From Pseudomonadota bacterium (GTDB lineage: Bacteria; Pseudomonadota; Gammaproteobacteria; Burkholderiales; Burkholderiaceae_C), in NCBI GenBank assembly GCA_021808445.1, contig JAKBBP010000009.1, positions 10,277 to 74,276 on the forward strand: a DNA stretch of 64,000 bases. Reading direction: 5' to 3'. The notes below the pieces were generated by a model. It was given only the letters and a program-made list of their open reading frames with translations. It was not told the origin of the DNA and searched no databases. Made by a program: the position numbers and the translations under genes. Positions 39,446 to 48,215 of this stretch are shown in pieces (the first letter of the stretch is position 1; each line of letters opens with the position of its first letter).

Positions 39446-39465
39446 TCGGGAACATCGATTCCCGA
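39446..39465. promoter_or_regulatory. Palindrome upstream of gudX
   Basis: TCGGGAA-catcga-TTCCCGA. Confidence 0.4.
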
Positions 39466-39536
39466 TCAATTCAAAGACTGGTGCCATTCATGCCGTTCAT
39501 GCATGGATGGCCCGCCGTGCCAGCGGAGGCCGTGCC

Positions 39537-39866
39537 TCAGCGCGGCAAGGCGATGGTCACCAGCGCCGAGGCATCCTCGGTGGCGAGCAGGCCGTGCATG
39601 CAATCGCCCTGCAGGTACATCAGCTGCCGCGCGCGCATCGGGTGTTCCCTGCCGTCGGCGCTGACGCTCAGCGCGCCTTCCAGGCAGTGGATGGTGATGT
39701 CGCCAGGAACCTTGTGCGGCGCGAGGCCCTCCCCCTTGCGCAACACCAGCCGGACGACTTCCAGGTCCCGGGCCTTAAACAGCGCCTTGCTGCGCTCGCC
39801 CCGCACATCCTCCCCGAGGGGGCGAACGTCGACGGCTTCGCCGGGACGCGCATGATCGATGGCCAT
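39537..39866 (-). CDS. Small cupin-domain protein
   Basis: PHKVPGDITIHCLEG...HGL; GGAG RBS. Confidence 0.8.
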   Translation of the reverse strand: MAIDHARPGEAVDVRPLGEDVRGERSKALFKARDLEVVRLVLRKGEGLAPHKVPGDITIHCLEGALSVSADGREHPMRARQLMYLQGDCMHGLLATEDASALVTIALPR

Positions 39867-39926
39867 GGAGATCTCCTTGACTGTGAGAGGTGGATGGAAT
39901 GGTCCGGCCAGGTCGGCGGGACTGGC

Positions 39927-41045
39927 TCAATCCGCGCCCGCGCCAAGCCCTTCCCCGGTCAGTAGACGGAAGAGTGGCTCGTTGATGTAGTAATTCGACC
40001 GTCCGATCTTGTGCTTGCGCACGAACCCGCCGGCCACGAGTTGGTCGAGATAGCTGGTCGCGGTGAGGCGGCTGACTCCGAGTTCGTGCTGGATGAATTC
40101 GATCTTCGTATAGGGGTGCGAGAACAGGTTGTTGATCAGGTCCTGGCTGTAGAAACGATACGCATCACGGATGCGGTGCTTGTAGTCCATCACCAGGGCG
40201 CGGATCGCCTTCACAGTCTCGATGGTTTCCATGGCCGTCTGCTCGACCGCCCGCAGCATGTACAGAACCCAGTCTTCCCACAGATCGTCGTCGCGCACCC
40301 CCTGCAGCAGGCGGTAGTAGTCGCCCTTGTTCCGCACGATGGCGCGGCTGAGGTACAGGACCGGGATGTCGAGCAGTCCCTGGCGCACGAGGTAGAGAAC
40401 GTTGATGATGCGGCCGGTGCGGCCGTTGCCGTCGTAGAAGGGGTGGATGGTTTCGAACTGGTGGTGGATCAACGCCATCTTGACCAACGGATCGGCCGGG
40501 TACATCGCGTCGTCGTTGATGAAGCGCTCGAGGTCGCCCATCAGCGCAGGCAGATGCTCCGGCGAAGGCGGCGTATAGACGACCCGACCCGCACCATCCT
40601 GCAAAGCCGTCCCGGTCATCTGGCGCAACCCCGCTCGGTTGCGCTCGAGTGCCTCCTGGATCTGCAGGATGTGGGCCAGGGTCAACAGCCCCCGCTGGCG
40701 TACCGCGTCGAAGCCGACGCGCAGCGCCTGGGCATAGCGCGAGACCTCCTTCGCTGCCTGTCCACCGCCTGCGCCGAAGTGTGCGACTTCGCGAAAGAGT
40801 TCGTCATGGGTCGTGACGATGTTCTCGACTTCGGAACTGTCCTTGGCCTCCTGCAGCACGAGCGTGTTGATCAGGATGCCCTGATTGGGCATGGACATGG
40901 CCACGCCCTTGAGTTCGGCCAATTGGCGATGCGAAGCGACCAGCTGCTTCAGGATCGCGGCAGTCTCGAATCGGGCCGGATCAAGGCCTTGCAACGGCAC
41001 CGGAAGACATGGCATGGAAGCAGGCGTAGGAGCTGCGATGTGCAT
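39927..41045 (-). CDS. Fic family AMPylase with C-terminal HTH
   Basis: HPFYDGNGRTGR; inhibitory motif SSEVEN; C-terminal VSRLTATSYLDQL. Confidence 0.92.
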   Translation of the reverse strand: MHIAAPTPASMPCLPVPLQGLDPARFETAAILKQLVASHRQLAELKGVAMSMPNQGILINTLVLQEAKDSSEVENIVTTHDELFREVAHFGAGGGQAAKEVSRYAQALRVGFDAVRQRGLLTLAHILQIQEALERNRAGLRQMTGTALQDGAGRVVYTPPSPEHLPALMGDLERFINDDAMYPADPLVKMALIHHQFETIHPFYDGNGRTGRIINVLYLVRQGLLDIPVLYLSRAIVRNKGDYYRLLQGVRDDDLWEDWVLYMLRAVEQTAMETIETVKAIRALVMDYKHRIRDAYRFYSQDLINNLFSHPYTKIEFIQHELGVSRLTATSYLDQLVAGGFVRKHKIGRSNYYINEPLFRLLTGEGLGAGAD

Positions 41046-41230
41046 AGAAAACGTGGATTCTTATACACAATCGGGCGATCTGTATAGCACTCGCCTCTTG
41101 TCCATGCAGGTCTCCCGCCGATGCGCTCGACTCTCTCCGACGGCCCACCGCGGCGACGTCTGCGAGGCGTCAGCCGCGATCCACGCGACACCAAATGGAA
41201 AATCGCACCTCTTCTTCCGCTAAAATTGAG

Positions 41231-41313
41231 TCAACTTCGCTAATTTTTCATTCACTTCGCGATGTCGACTGCTATAGTCTCGCCGTCTTCGCTATAGTCT
41301 CATTCACTTCGCG
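41231..41313. repeat. Degenerate AT-rich short repeats
   Basis: CTTCGC at 41235, 41255, 41287, 41307; GCTATAGTCTC x2; CATTCACTTCGCG x2. Confidence 0.7.
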
Positions 41314-41322
41314 TCGGTGACA

Positions 41323-42273
41323 TCAGACCCCGGCTTCGCGCGCCTGAGCATCGGCGTGGTAGCTGGAGCGCACCATCGGGCCGACCGCGGCGTGGCTGAA
41401 CCCCAGGGACTGGGCCTCGCGCTCCAGCGCGGCGAAACCGTCCGGATCCACGTAGCGCAGCACCGGCAGGTGGTGGTTGCTGGGCGCCAGGTACTGGCCG
41501 ACGGTGAGCATGTCCACCTGATGCTCGCGCAAGTCGCGCATGACCTGCACGATCTCCTCGTCGGTCTCGCCCAGGCCGACCATCAATCCGCTCTTGGTGG
41601 GTACCTGGGGGTGGGCCTGCTTGAACTGCTGCAGCAGCTTGAGCGAATGCGCGTAGTCGGCGCCGGGACGGGCCTGGCGATACAGGCGCGGCACGGTCTC
41701 GAGGTTGTGGTTCATCACGTCGGGCGGCGCGGCGTCGAAGACCTCGAGCGCACGTTCCAGGCGCCCGCGGAAGTCCGGCACCAGGACCTCGATCTGCGTG
41801 GCCGGCGAGCGCTCGCGGATGGCGCGGATGCAGTCCACGAAATGCTGCGCGCCGCCGTCCCGCAGGTCATCCCGGTCCACGCTGGTGACCACCACGTAGC
41901 GCAGGCGAAGGCGCGCGATGGTGTCGGCCAGGCGCTGCGGCTCCTGGGCATCCAGCGGATCGGGACGGCCATGACCGACGTCGCAGAAGGGGCAGCGCCG
42001 GGTGCACTTGTCCCCCATGATCATGAAGGTGGCCGTGCCATGGCCGAAGCATTCGCCGATGTTCGGGCAGCTGGCCTCCTCGCACACCGTGACCAGCGAC
42101 TGCTCGCGAAGAATGCCCTTGATCTCGTTGAAGCGCGACGAGGCCGGCGGCGCCTTCACACGGATCCACTGCGGCTTCTTGAGCGCGGGCGTGTCGGAGA
42201 CGACCTTGATGGGAATGCGCGCGGTCTTGGATTCGCCTTTCTGCTTCTGGCGCGGATCGATGGCTTGGCTCAT
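41323..42273 (-). CDS. lipA: Lipoyl synthase
   Basis: [12 protein letters not shown] and [14 protein letters not shown]. Confidence 0.97.
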   Translation of the reverse strand: MSQAIDPRQKQKGESKTARIPIKVVSDTPALKKPQWIRVKAPPASSRFNEIKGILREQSLVTVCEEASCPNIGECFGHGTATFMIMGDKCTRRCPFCDVGHGRPDPLDAQEPQRLADTIARLRLRYVVVTSVDRDDLRDGGAQHFVDCIRAIRERSPATQIEVLVPDFRGRLERALEVFDAAPPDVMNHNLETVPRLYRQARPGADYAHSLKLLQQFKQAHPQVPTKSGLMVGLGETDEEIVQVMRDLREHQVDMLTVGQYLAPSNHHLPVLRYVDPDGFAALEREAQSLGFSHAAVGPMVRSSYHADAQAREAGV

Positions 42274-43139
42274 GAGCTTCGGGGTTGGGGGTGGCCGCCG
42301 TGGCATGGGCTCGCGGCCTGCGCGCGCTCGATGTCCTCGGCCAGCATCGCCAGTTCGGTGGCGAAACACATGGCCACCGCGTCGGGCAGCGCGTGCACGC
42401 CCAGCGTGGCGAGGTCGACGCTGTCCAGGCCGCGGTAGCCGCAGGGGTTGATGCCCGCGAAGGGGCGCAGGTCCATGTCGACATTGATCGACACGCCGTG
42501 GTAGGTGCAGCCGTTGCGCACCTTCAGGCCCAGCGCGGAGACCTTCGCGCCGGCGCGCGCATGCGGCGCGCCGACGTAGACGCCGGGCGCGCTCGGGCGA
42601 CGCAAGCCGACCACGCCGTGGCGCGCCAGGGTGCGGATCACCGCCTCTTCCAGGCGCTGCACGGTCTCGCGCACCATCCAGCGGCGGCGCCGAAGATCGA
42701 ACAGGCAGTACACCACCGCCTGCCCGGGCCCGTGGTAGCTGACCTGGCCGCCGCGGTCGGTGGGTACGACGGGAATGGCGCCGGGATCCAGGACATGCGA
42801 GGGATCGGCGGCCTGGCCCAGGGTGTAGACGGGCAGGTGCTCGAGCAGCCAGATCTCGTCGGGGGTGTCCGGGCCGCGCGCATCGGTGAAGGCGCGCATG
42901 GCGCGCCAGGTCGGCAGGTAGGACTGCAGGCCCAGGCTGCGCAGCAGGAAGCCACCGGGCAGGGTCTGCGCCGGCCGGGCCAGCGCGCGCTGCAGCGCCT
43001 GTTCGTCCGCGTGGGCGATGGAGGGAGCGGCATCCCGCGCCAGAAACGCGGCGGACGATGCGCGACCGGGGCCCGGCGCGTCGGCCAGGCTGGCCTTGCC
43101 GTCGATCAGAGGGGAGCCCGGATGGAATGAGGCGACCAT
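42270..43139 (-). CDS. lipB: Octanoyltransferase
   Basis: [40 protein letters not shown]; start uncertain. Confidence 0.93.
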   Translation of the reverse strand: MVASFHPGSPLIDGKASLADAPGPGRASSAAFLARDAAPSIAHADEQALQRALARPAQTLPGGFLLRSLGLQSYLPTWRAMRAFTDARGPDTPDEIWLLEHLPVYTLGQAADPSHVLDPGAIPVVPTDRGGQVSYHGPGQAVVYCLFDLRRRRWMVRETVQRLEEAVIRTLARHGVVGLRRPSAPGVYVGAPHARAGAKVSALGLKVRNGCTYHGVSINVDMDLRPFAGINPCGYRGLDSVDLATLGVHALPDAVAMCFATELAMLAEDIERAQAASPCHGGHPQPRSS

Positions 43140-43331
43140 GCTCCCCATCCTAGCGCGAGAATCCGGGTTTCCCCGGATTTTTGGCATTGACCATGCACCG
43201 ACTGGGCCAATCGAGCGACCCACCGGCAGCCCCAACGGGCGCCCCGCCTGGAGCTCCATCGGGCAAGCCGGCGGGCGCTGGCCGGGTGTTCATGGCCGGG
43301 GGGCACGGGGTGCGCGCCACGGCATCGACCT

Positions 43332-43859
43332 TCAGGCCTGTCGCTGCACCAGCTGGCCGATCATGGCCTGCAGTTCGCCCATGTTGGGCGGGCCCACGTA
43401 CTGCTTGACGATCCGCCCGGAGCGGTCGATCAGGAAGCTGGTCGGAGTCAGGCGCACGTTGCCGAAGGCCTTGGCGACGTCGCCGGAGCGGTCCATCGCC
43501 ACCGGGAAGGGCAGCCTGCCCACCGGCCCGGATCGCGCGAAATTCTCCACGTACTGCGGGTTGTCGTAGGACATGGACACCGCGACCAGGTCGAAACCCT
43601 TCGGCGCGAAGGTATCGTAGGTGTGCACCATGTTGCGCATGTCGCCGACACAGGTGGTGCAGCTGGTGGCCCAGAATTCGACCAGCACGACCTTGCCGCG
43701 CAGGTCCTGGGAGCTCAGCGTGCTGCCTCCGACCAGGTGGTAGTCCACGCTGGGGGCCTTCGGGTCGCGACCGAAGGCATTCCACGCCAGCACGCCAGCC
43801 GCCGCGACGAGCACGACGCCGGCGATCGCGCCCCACAGACTCTTGTTGGATGCTTGCAT
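43332..43859 (-). CDS. TlpA-like disulfide reductase
   Basis: N-terminal TM; FWATSCTTC; TPTSFLID. Confidence 0.88.
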   Translation of the reverse strand: MQASNKSLWGAIAGVVLVAAAGVLAWNAFGRDPKAPSVDYHLVGGSTLSSQDLRGKVVLVEFWATSCTTCVGDMRNMVHTYDTFAPKGFDLVAVSMSYDNPQYVENFARSGPVGRLPFPVAMDRSGDVAKAFGNVRLTPTSFLIDRSGRIVKQYVGPPNMGELQAMIGQLVQRQA

Positions 43860-44050
43860 CGCAAACCCCTTGCCATTGCTTCGGACCGCTGCGCGGGGAT
43901 CACGGCGCATGCGCCGGGCGCTCGCGGTCCCGGGCCCCAAACAGGCCATCGGTACGCAAAGAGGCCATAGTTTACGCCGCGGCGAGCGCGTGCGGGGCTG
44001 CGGGGTTCGGGCCGTCCGCGCGGCACGAGGCCGCGCGCGACGCGCCAGGC

Positions 44051-44350
44051 TTACTTCAGGTGGGCGTTGATCAGCTTGGTCATCTCGAACATGGTGACCT
44101 GCGCCTTGCCGAAGACCGCGCGCAGCTTGTCGTCGGCGTTGATCATGCGCTTGTTGCTCGCATCCTGCAGCTTGGCCGCCTTGATGTGCTCCCACACCTT
44201 CTTGACCACCTCGGTGCGGGGCAATGGGGAGGCGCCGACCACGGCGGCAAGCTGCGGGCTGGGCGTCAGCGGCTTCATGAACGCCGCGTTGGGCGTCCGG
44301 GCGGGTTTGGCGGCGGCCTTTTTCGCGGGGGCCGGTTTTGCAGTTGCCAT
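44051..44350 (-). CDS. Stand-alone SWIB/MDM2 domain protein
   Basis: Lys/Ala-rich N-terminus; PSPQLAAVVG..PLPRTEVVKKVWEHIK...LQD..NKRMINAD. Confidence 0.9.
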   Translation of the reverse strand: MATAKPAPAKKAAAKPARTPNAAFMKPLTPSPQLAAVVGASPLPRTEVVKKVWEHIKAAKLQDASNKRMINADDKLRAVFGKAQVTMFEMTKLINAHLK

Positions 44351-44585
44351 GTCTTGTACTCCGTGAGATGCCTGAGGTGGTCGCCGCCCTCGCTCCGGAA
44401 TGCGGTCCGGAGGCGCGCGGCGGCCCTGCTCGGCGCCCGCCCGTGAACATTCGCCCGGACGGGCCCCGTGCGCGCATCTTATAGCCCCCCGGGCGCCAGG
44501 CAAGAGTGCAGGTGCCGGGCGGGCGGCTCGCCGGCGGGAAAACGTCGGCCCGCTCCGCTGTCCCGGGACCTGCCCCAGGCCTGTC

Positions 44586-45896
44586 TCAGGCCTGTCTCAG
44601 GCGATCCAGGCGTAAGGGCACGAAGCGCCGGCCGGGCTCACGCCCGGAGCCCCTCCGGCCCCCGATGGGGGCCTGGGTCGCGGCTCCCAGCAGGCCGGCG
44701 AGCCGCGCCACGCAAGGCTCCACGGCCCGCAGGGGCAGGCCGGCGAAACCCAGGCGCAGGGCATTGCGCACCGGCTCCGCGCCCGCGGGATCGTCGGCGA
44801 AGCGGCATTGGGCGCAGTCGCCGAAACTCACGCAGCCTCCGGCGCCGACGTCGAACAGGCGCCCGGGCAGCAGCGGCAGGCCCTCCCTGTCGACCTGCCC
44901 GAGCATCTCGGCGGCATCCAGGCCCTGGGGCAGGTTCAGCCAGACATGCGCGCCTCCCCGCGGCCGGGTCCAGGCGACGCCGTCGGGCATGTGGCGCCGC
45001 AAGGCATCGAGCAGAGCATCGCGGCGCTCGCGATAGCGCTTGCGCAAGCCGGGAAGCTGGCTTTGCACGAAGCCCTCGCGCAACATGTGCAGCAGCACCC
45101 ACTGGCTGAGGCTGCAGGCTTGCGGTTCGGCTGCGCGCTGCGCCTGGGCCAGCCTGGCGATCAGGCGGGGATGCCCGGCCACCCAGCCCAGGCGCAGGCC
45201 GGGGAACACGAGCGCGGAAAAGCTGCCCACGACCACGCCGTGCTCCACCCCCCGCGCCAGCAGGCCCGGCACGGGCGGCGTGTCGAACCAGAACTCGCCG
45301 TAGGTCTGGTCCTCGACCAGCCAGCACTGCGAGGCGGCGAGCTGGCGGGCCAGCTCGCGGGCGCGCGCCTCCCCGATGAGCTGCCCGGTGGGATCGTCGA
45401 AGCGTGGTTGCAGATAGGCCATGCGCGCTCCGGGCAGGGCATTGGCGAAGGCATCGGGCTCGGGGCCCTCCCGGTCGCAGCGCAGGCCGACCAGGCGCGG
45501 GCCGTAGGGGCGCAGCGCACGCAGTGCCCCCAGGCGTGTCGGGCGCTGTACCAGCACCGGGCTGGCGGGGTCGAGCAGCACCTTGCCCAGCAGGTCCAGC
45601 GCGTGGCGGGAGCCGGAGCTGATCAGGACCTGCGGGGGTTCCAGGCGCAGCCCCTGGGCCTCCAGGTGGGCACACACCCATTCGCGCAGGGGCTCGAGGC
45701 CCTCGCAGGGGCCGTATTGCAGGGCCTGGGGCGCGCGGCGCGACAGCACGCGGCGCATGGCCCGGTCCACGGCCGCGACGGGGAGGAGATCGAGGTCGCG
45801 GCCCTCGCCGCAGCCGAAGGGATCGTCCCGGCCTTCGCCGGTCTCGAGCAAGGTCGCGCGCTGCGCCATCGGGGGAAGGGTGGTGTACAGGGACAT
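44586..45896 (-). CDS. Class I aminotransferase-like protein lacking the PLP lysine
   Basis: QYGPCEG, VEDQTYGE, GSFSALVFPGLRLGW, LRLGF; no HTH. Confidence 0.8.
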   Translation of the reverse strand: MSLYTTLPPMAQRATLLETGEGRDDPFGCGEGRDLDLLPVAAVDRAMRRVLSRRAPQALQYGPCEGLEPLREWVCAHLEAQGLRLEPPQVLISSGSRHALDLLGKVLLDPASPVLVQRPTRLGALRALRPYGPRLVGLRCDREGPEPDAFANALPGARMAYLQPRFDDPTGQLIGEARARELARQLAASQCWLVEDQTYGEFWFDTPPVPGLLARGVEHGVVVGSFSALVFPGLRLGWVAGHPRLIARLAQAQRAAEPQACSLSQWVLLHMLREGFVQSQLPGLRKRYRERRDALLDALRRHMPDGVAWTRPRGGAHVWLNLPQGLDAAEMLGQVDREGLPLLPGRLFDVGAGGCVSFGDCAQCRFADDPAGAEPVRNALRLGFAGLPLRAVEPCVARLAGLLGAATQAPIGGRRGSGREPGRRFVPLRLDRLRQA

Positions 45897-46056
45897 GCGT
45901 AGCCTCCGGCTGGTGGCGGCCCCGCCTGCGGCCTGACGGGATACCCCGGGCCGCCGCGTGGTCACAAATTGACACACCTTCAGCCTAGACCGACACTGCC
46001 AGCCCCACCAGCACAGAGGCCGGCCCTTCGCCGTTTGCTGATCTGGTCGTTTCGCC

Positions 46057-47535
46057 ATGTCACACGCACACCCAGCCCCCCGGCCGCGCGAAGCCGAGGC
46101 ACAGGCCCTGCACCTGCGGCTCGCCCAGCGCCTGCGCGAGCAGATCCGCCAGCAAGGCACCCCACCCGGAACCCGGCTGGCCTCGGTGCGCGCATGCGCG
46201 CACGAGCACGGGGTGAACCCGCAGACCGTGGTCGCCGCCTACGATCTGCTGCAGGCCCAGGGCCTGGTCGAGGCCCGGGCGCGCCAGGGGTTTTTCGTGC
46301 GCGGCCCGGCCCACGGCGCCCCGGGAGCCGGGGCGGAGCCCGGCGGCGCGCCTGCAGCCCGCGAGCCGCGTGGCGCGAGGCAGTCGCGTCTCGCGCCGCC
46401 CACCCAGGCCATCGCCATGCTGCGCGCCGGGCTGGCAGGGGCCGAGCAGCCCAGCCCCGCGCGCTCCATGCCCGGCTGCGGGAGCCTGCCCGTCGAGTGG
46501 CTGCAGGCCTCCCCGCTGGCGCAGGCCTTGCGCAGGCTGCTGCGGGAAGGCGGCACCCTGCAGGCGGCGCAGGGCTACGGCTGCCCCGAGGGCGACCCGC
46601 GACTGCGCACGCAACTGGCCCGCCTGCTGGCCGAGCAGGAAATCGCCGTCCCGGCCTCGCAGCTCTTGCTGTGCAACGGCGCCACGCAGGCGCTGGACCT
46701 GGTCGCTCGCAGCCTGCTGCGCCCCGGAGACGCGGTGATGGTCGAACAGCCAGGCCCGCCGCTGGCCTTCCAGCAACTGGCGCGCCAGGGCCTGCGTCTG
46801 CTGCCGGTTGCGCGCGGCCAGCAGGGGCCCGATCTGTCCCGGGTCTCGCAGTGGGCACGCAACCGCAAGCCTCGCCTGATGGTGGTGGCCGCGCGCATGC
46901 ACAACCCCACGGGCGGCGACATCGCCACCGGCTGCGCGCATCAGTTGCTGGAGCTGGCGCGGGAGCACGACTTCCTGATCGCCGAGGACGATGGCTACGC
47001 GGCGCTGTGCGACCGCGGCCCGCCCCTGCTTTCGGCTATGGACGGACTGCGTCGCACGCTGCTGCTGGGAAGCCTGTCGCAGCTGCTGGCCCCCGGCTGG
47101 CGCGTGGGCTTCCTGGCCGCGCCAGCCGCGCTGGTGGAGCGGCTGCTGGAGACCAAGCTGCTCGCCGGCCTGGCCTCGCCGGCGCTCACCGAGCGCGCGC
47201 TTGCGCTGTTGTTCGAGCGAGGCTCGGTGCCGCGCCAGGCGGCCGCATTGCGCGAGCGCCTGGCGCGCGCACGCCGACAGGCGGTGCAGGCGGCGCGGCA
47301 GCGCGGCTGCCGTTTCGAGCTGCCGCCTCGCGGTCTGTTCGGCTGGGTGGACACCGGCGTCGACACCGAGCCTCTGGCCCTGCGCCTGCACGAAAGCGGC
47401 TGGCTGATCGCACCCGGGCGCCTGTTCGACCCGGAGGCCCGCCCCAGCACGCGCATGCGCCTGAACTTCGCCCACGCGCAGGACCCCGCCTTCTGGTGCG
47501 ACTACGCGCGCGCGCTTCGCGCATGCGCCGACTGA
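46057..47535 (+). CDS. MocR/GntR-family regulator lacking the PLP lysine
   Basis: HTH (LASVR..A.EHGVNPQTVVAAYDLLQAQG); HNPTG, EDDGY, GSLSQLLAPGWRVGF. Confidence 0.88.
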   Translation: MSHAHPAPRPREAEAQALHLRLAQRLREQIRQQGTPPGTRLASVRACAHEHGVNPQTVVAAYDLLQAQGLVEARARQGFFVRGPAHGAPGAGAEPGGAPAAREPRGARQSRLAPPTQAIAMLRAGLAGAEQPSPARSMPGCGSLPVEWLQASPLAQALRRLLREGGTLQAAQGYGCPEGDPRLRTQLARLLAEQEIAVPASQLLLCNGATQALDLVARSLLRPGDAVMVEQPGPPLAFQQLARQGLRLLPVARGQQGPDLSRVSQWARNRKPRLMVVAARMHNPTGGDIATGCAHQLLELAREHDFLIAEDDGYAALCDRGPPLLSAMDGLRRTLLLGSLSQLLAPGWRVGFLAAPAALVERLLETKLLAGLASPALTERALALLFERGSVPRQAAALRERLARARRQAVQAARQRGCRFELPPRGLFGWVDTGVDTEPLALRLHESGWLIAPGRLFDPEARPSTRMRLNFAHAQDPAFWCDYARALRACAD

Positions 47536-47637
47536 GCGCCCCTTGCGCGGGGTCAACACCTGGGGAGCCCTGCTTGCCTAGGCTGCTACGGCGACCGGCG
47601 CGATCCCCGCGCCGGCCCTGAATCCAGGAGAAATTCG

Positions 47638-47820
47638 ATGCAATCGGCGTGGACCAGCTTGCTCACCACCGATTACGGGTGGATGACCGTGGCCGTATTC
47701 GTGTTCATGCTCGGCATGGGCGTGTTTTTCGTCCTGTTCTTCCGGCGCAGGATTCGCGACGAGGAAGCGGGAGCGCGCGCCAGGAACTCCGAGGCCTTGA
47801 AACAACACCGCCCGGGCTGA
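47638..47820 (+). CDS. DUF3149-like small membrane protein
   Basis: LLTTDYGWMTVAVFVFMLGMGVFF; AGGAG RBS. Confidence 0.75.
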   Translation: MQSAWTSLLTTDYGWMTVAVFVFMLGMGVFFVLFFRRRIRDEEAGARARNSEALKQHRPG

Positions 47821-47867
47821 GCCGGGCGGCGAGAATCGGACGGCGAGAATCGGGCGGTCGGGGGAAC

Positions 47868-48143
47868 TCAGGCCGCTCGAGGGCCCTGCGAGGAGGCTTC
47901 GGCCACCCAGCGCTCGCCCATGACCGAGCCCAGGTAGTCGACCAGCAGCGGATGCTGCTGCATGGGCACGTCGGTCTCGACCGCGTAGATGGCGATGCCG
48001 TACTCGCCATGCCGGCGTGCATGCTCGCTGCGCGCCAGGCCCTGCACGGACTCCAGGCTGCCCACGGCGACCACGTAACTGTGACGCTCGGGTTCCCCAT
48101 GCTCGAAGGCCTGGGCCAGGTAGAGATCTCGCGTCGCGTTCAT
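47868..48143 (-). CDS. Hypothetical protein (91 aa)
   Basis: GGAG RBS; balanced amino-acid composition unlike shadow ORFs. Confidence 0.6.
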   Translation of the reverse strand: MNATRDLYLAQAFEHGEPERHSYVVAVGSLESVQGLARSEHARRHGEYGIAIYAVETDVPMQQHPLLVDYLGSVMGERWVAEASSQGPRAA

Positions 48144-48171
48144 GTCGCTCTCCAGGGTCGGGGCACGCAGC

Positions 48172-48199
48172 CCGCTCGCGGGCCGCGGCCCGCGAGCGG
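48172..48199. terminator. Long GC hairpin after cyc2-like gene
   Basis: CCGCTCGCGGGCC-gc-GGCCCGCGAGCGG. Confidence 0.5.
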
Positions 48200-48215
48200 C
48201 TTCAGATGACCGTCT

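Noticed and set aside
41231-41313. CRISPR array (also considered for repeats at 19380, 55454, 57506)
   Set aside because: Units are 11-20 bp, tandem or degenerate, with no unique spacers and no cas genes.
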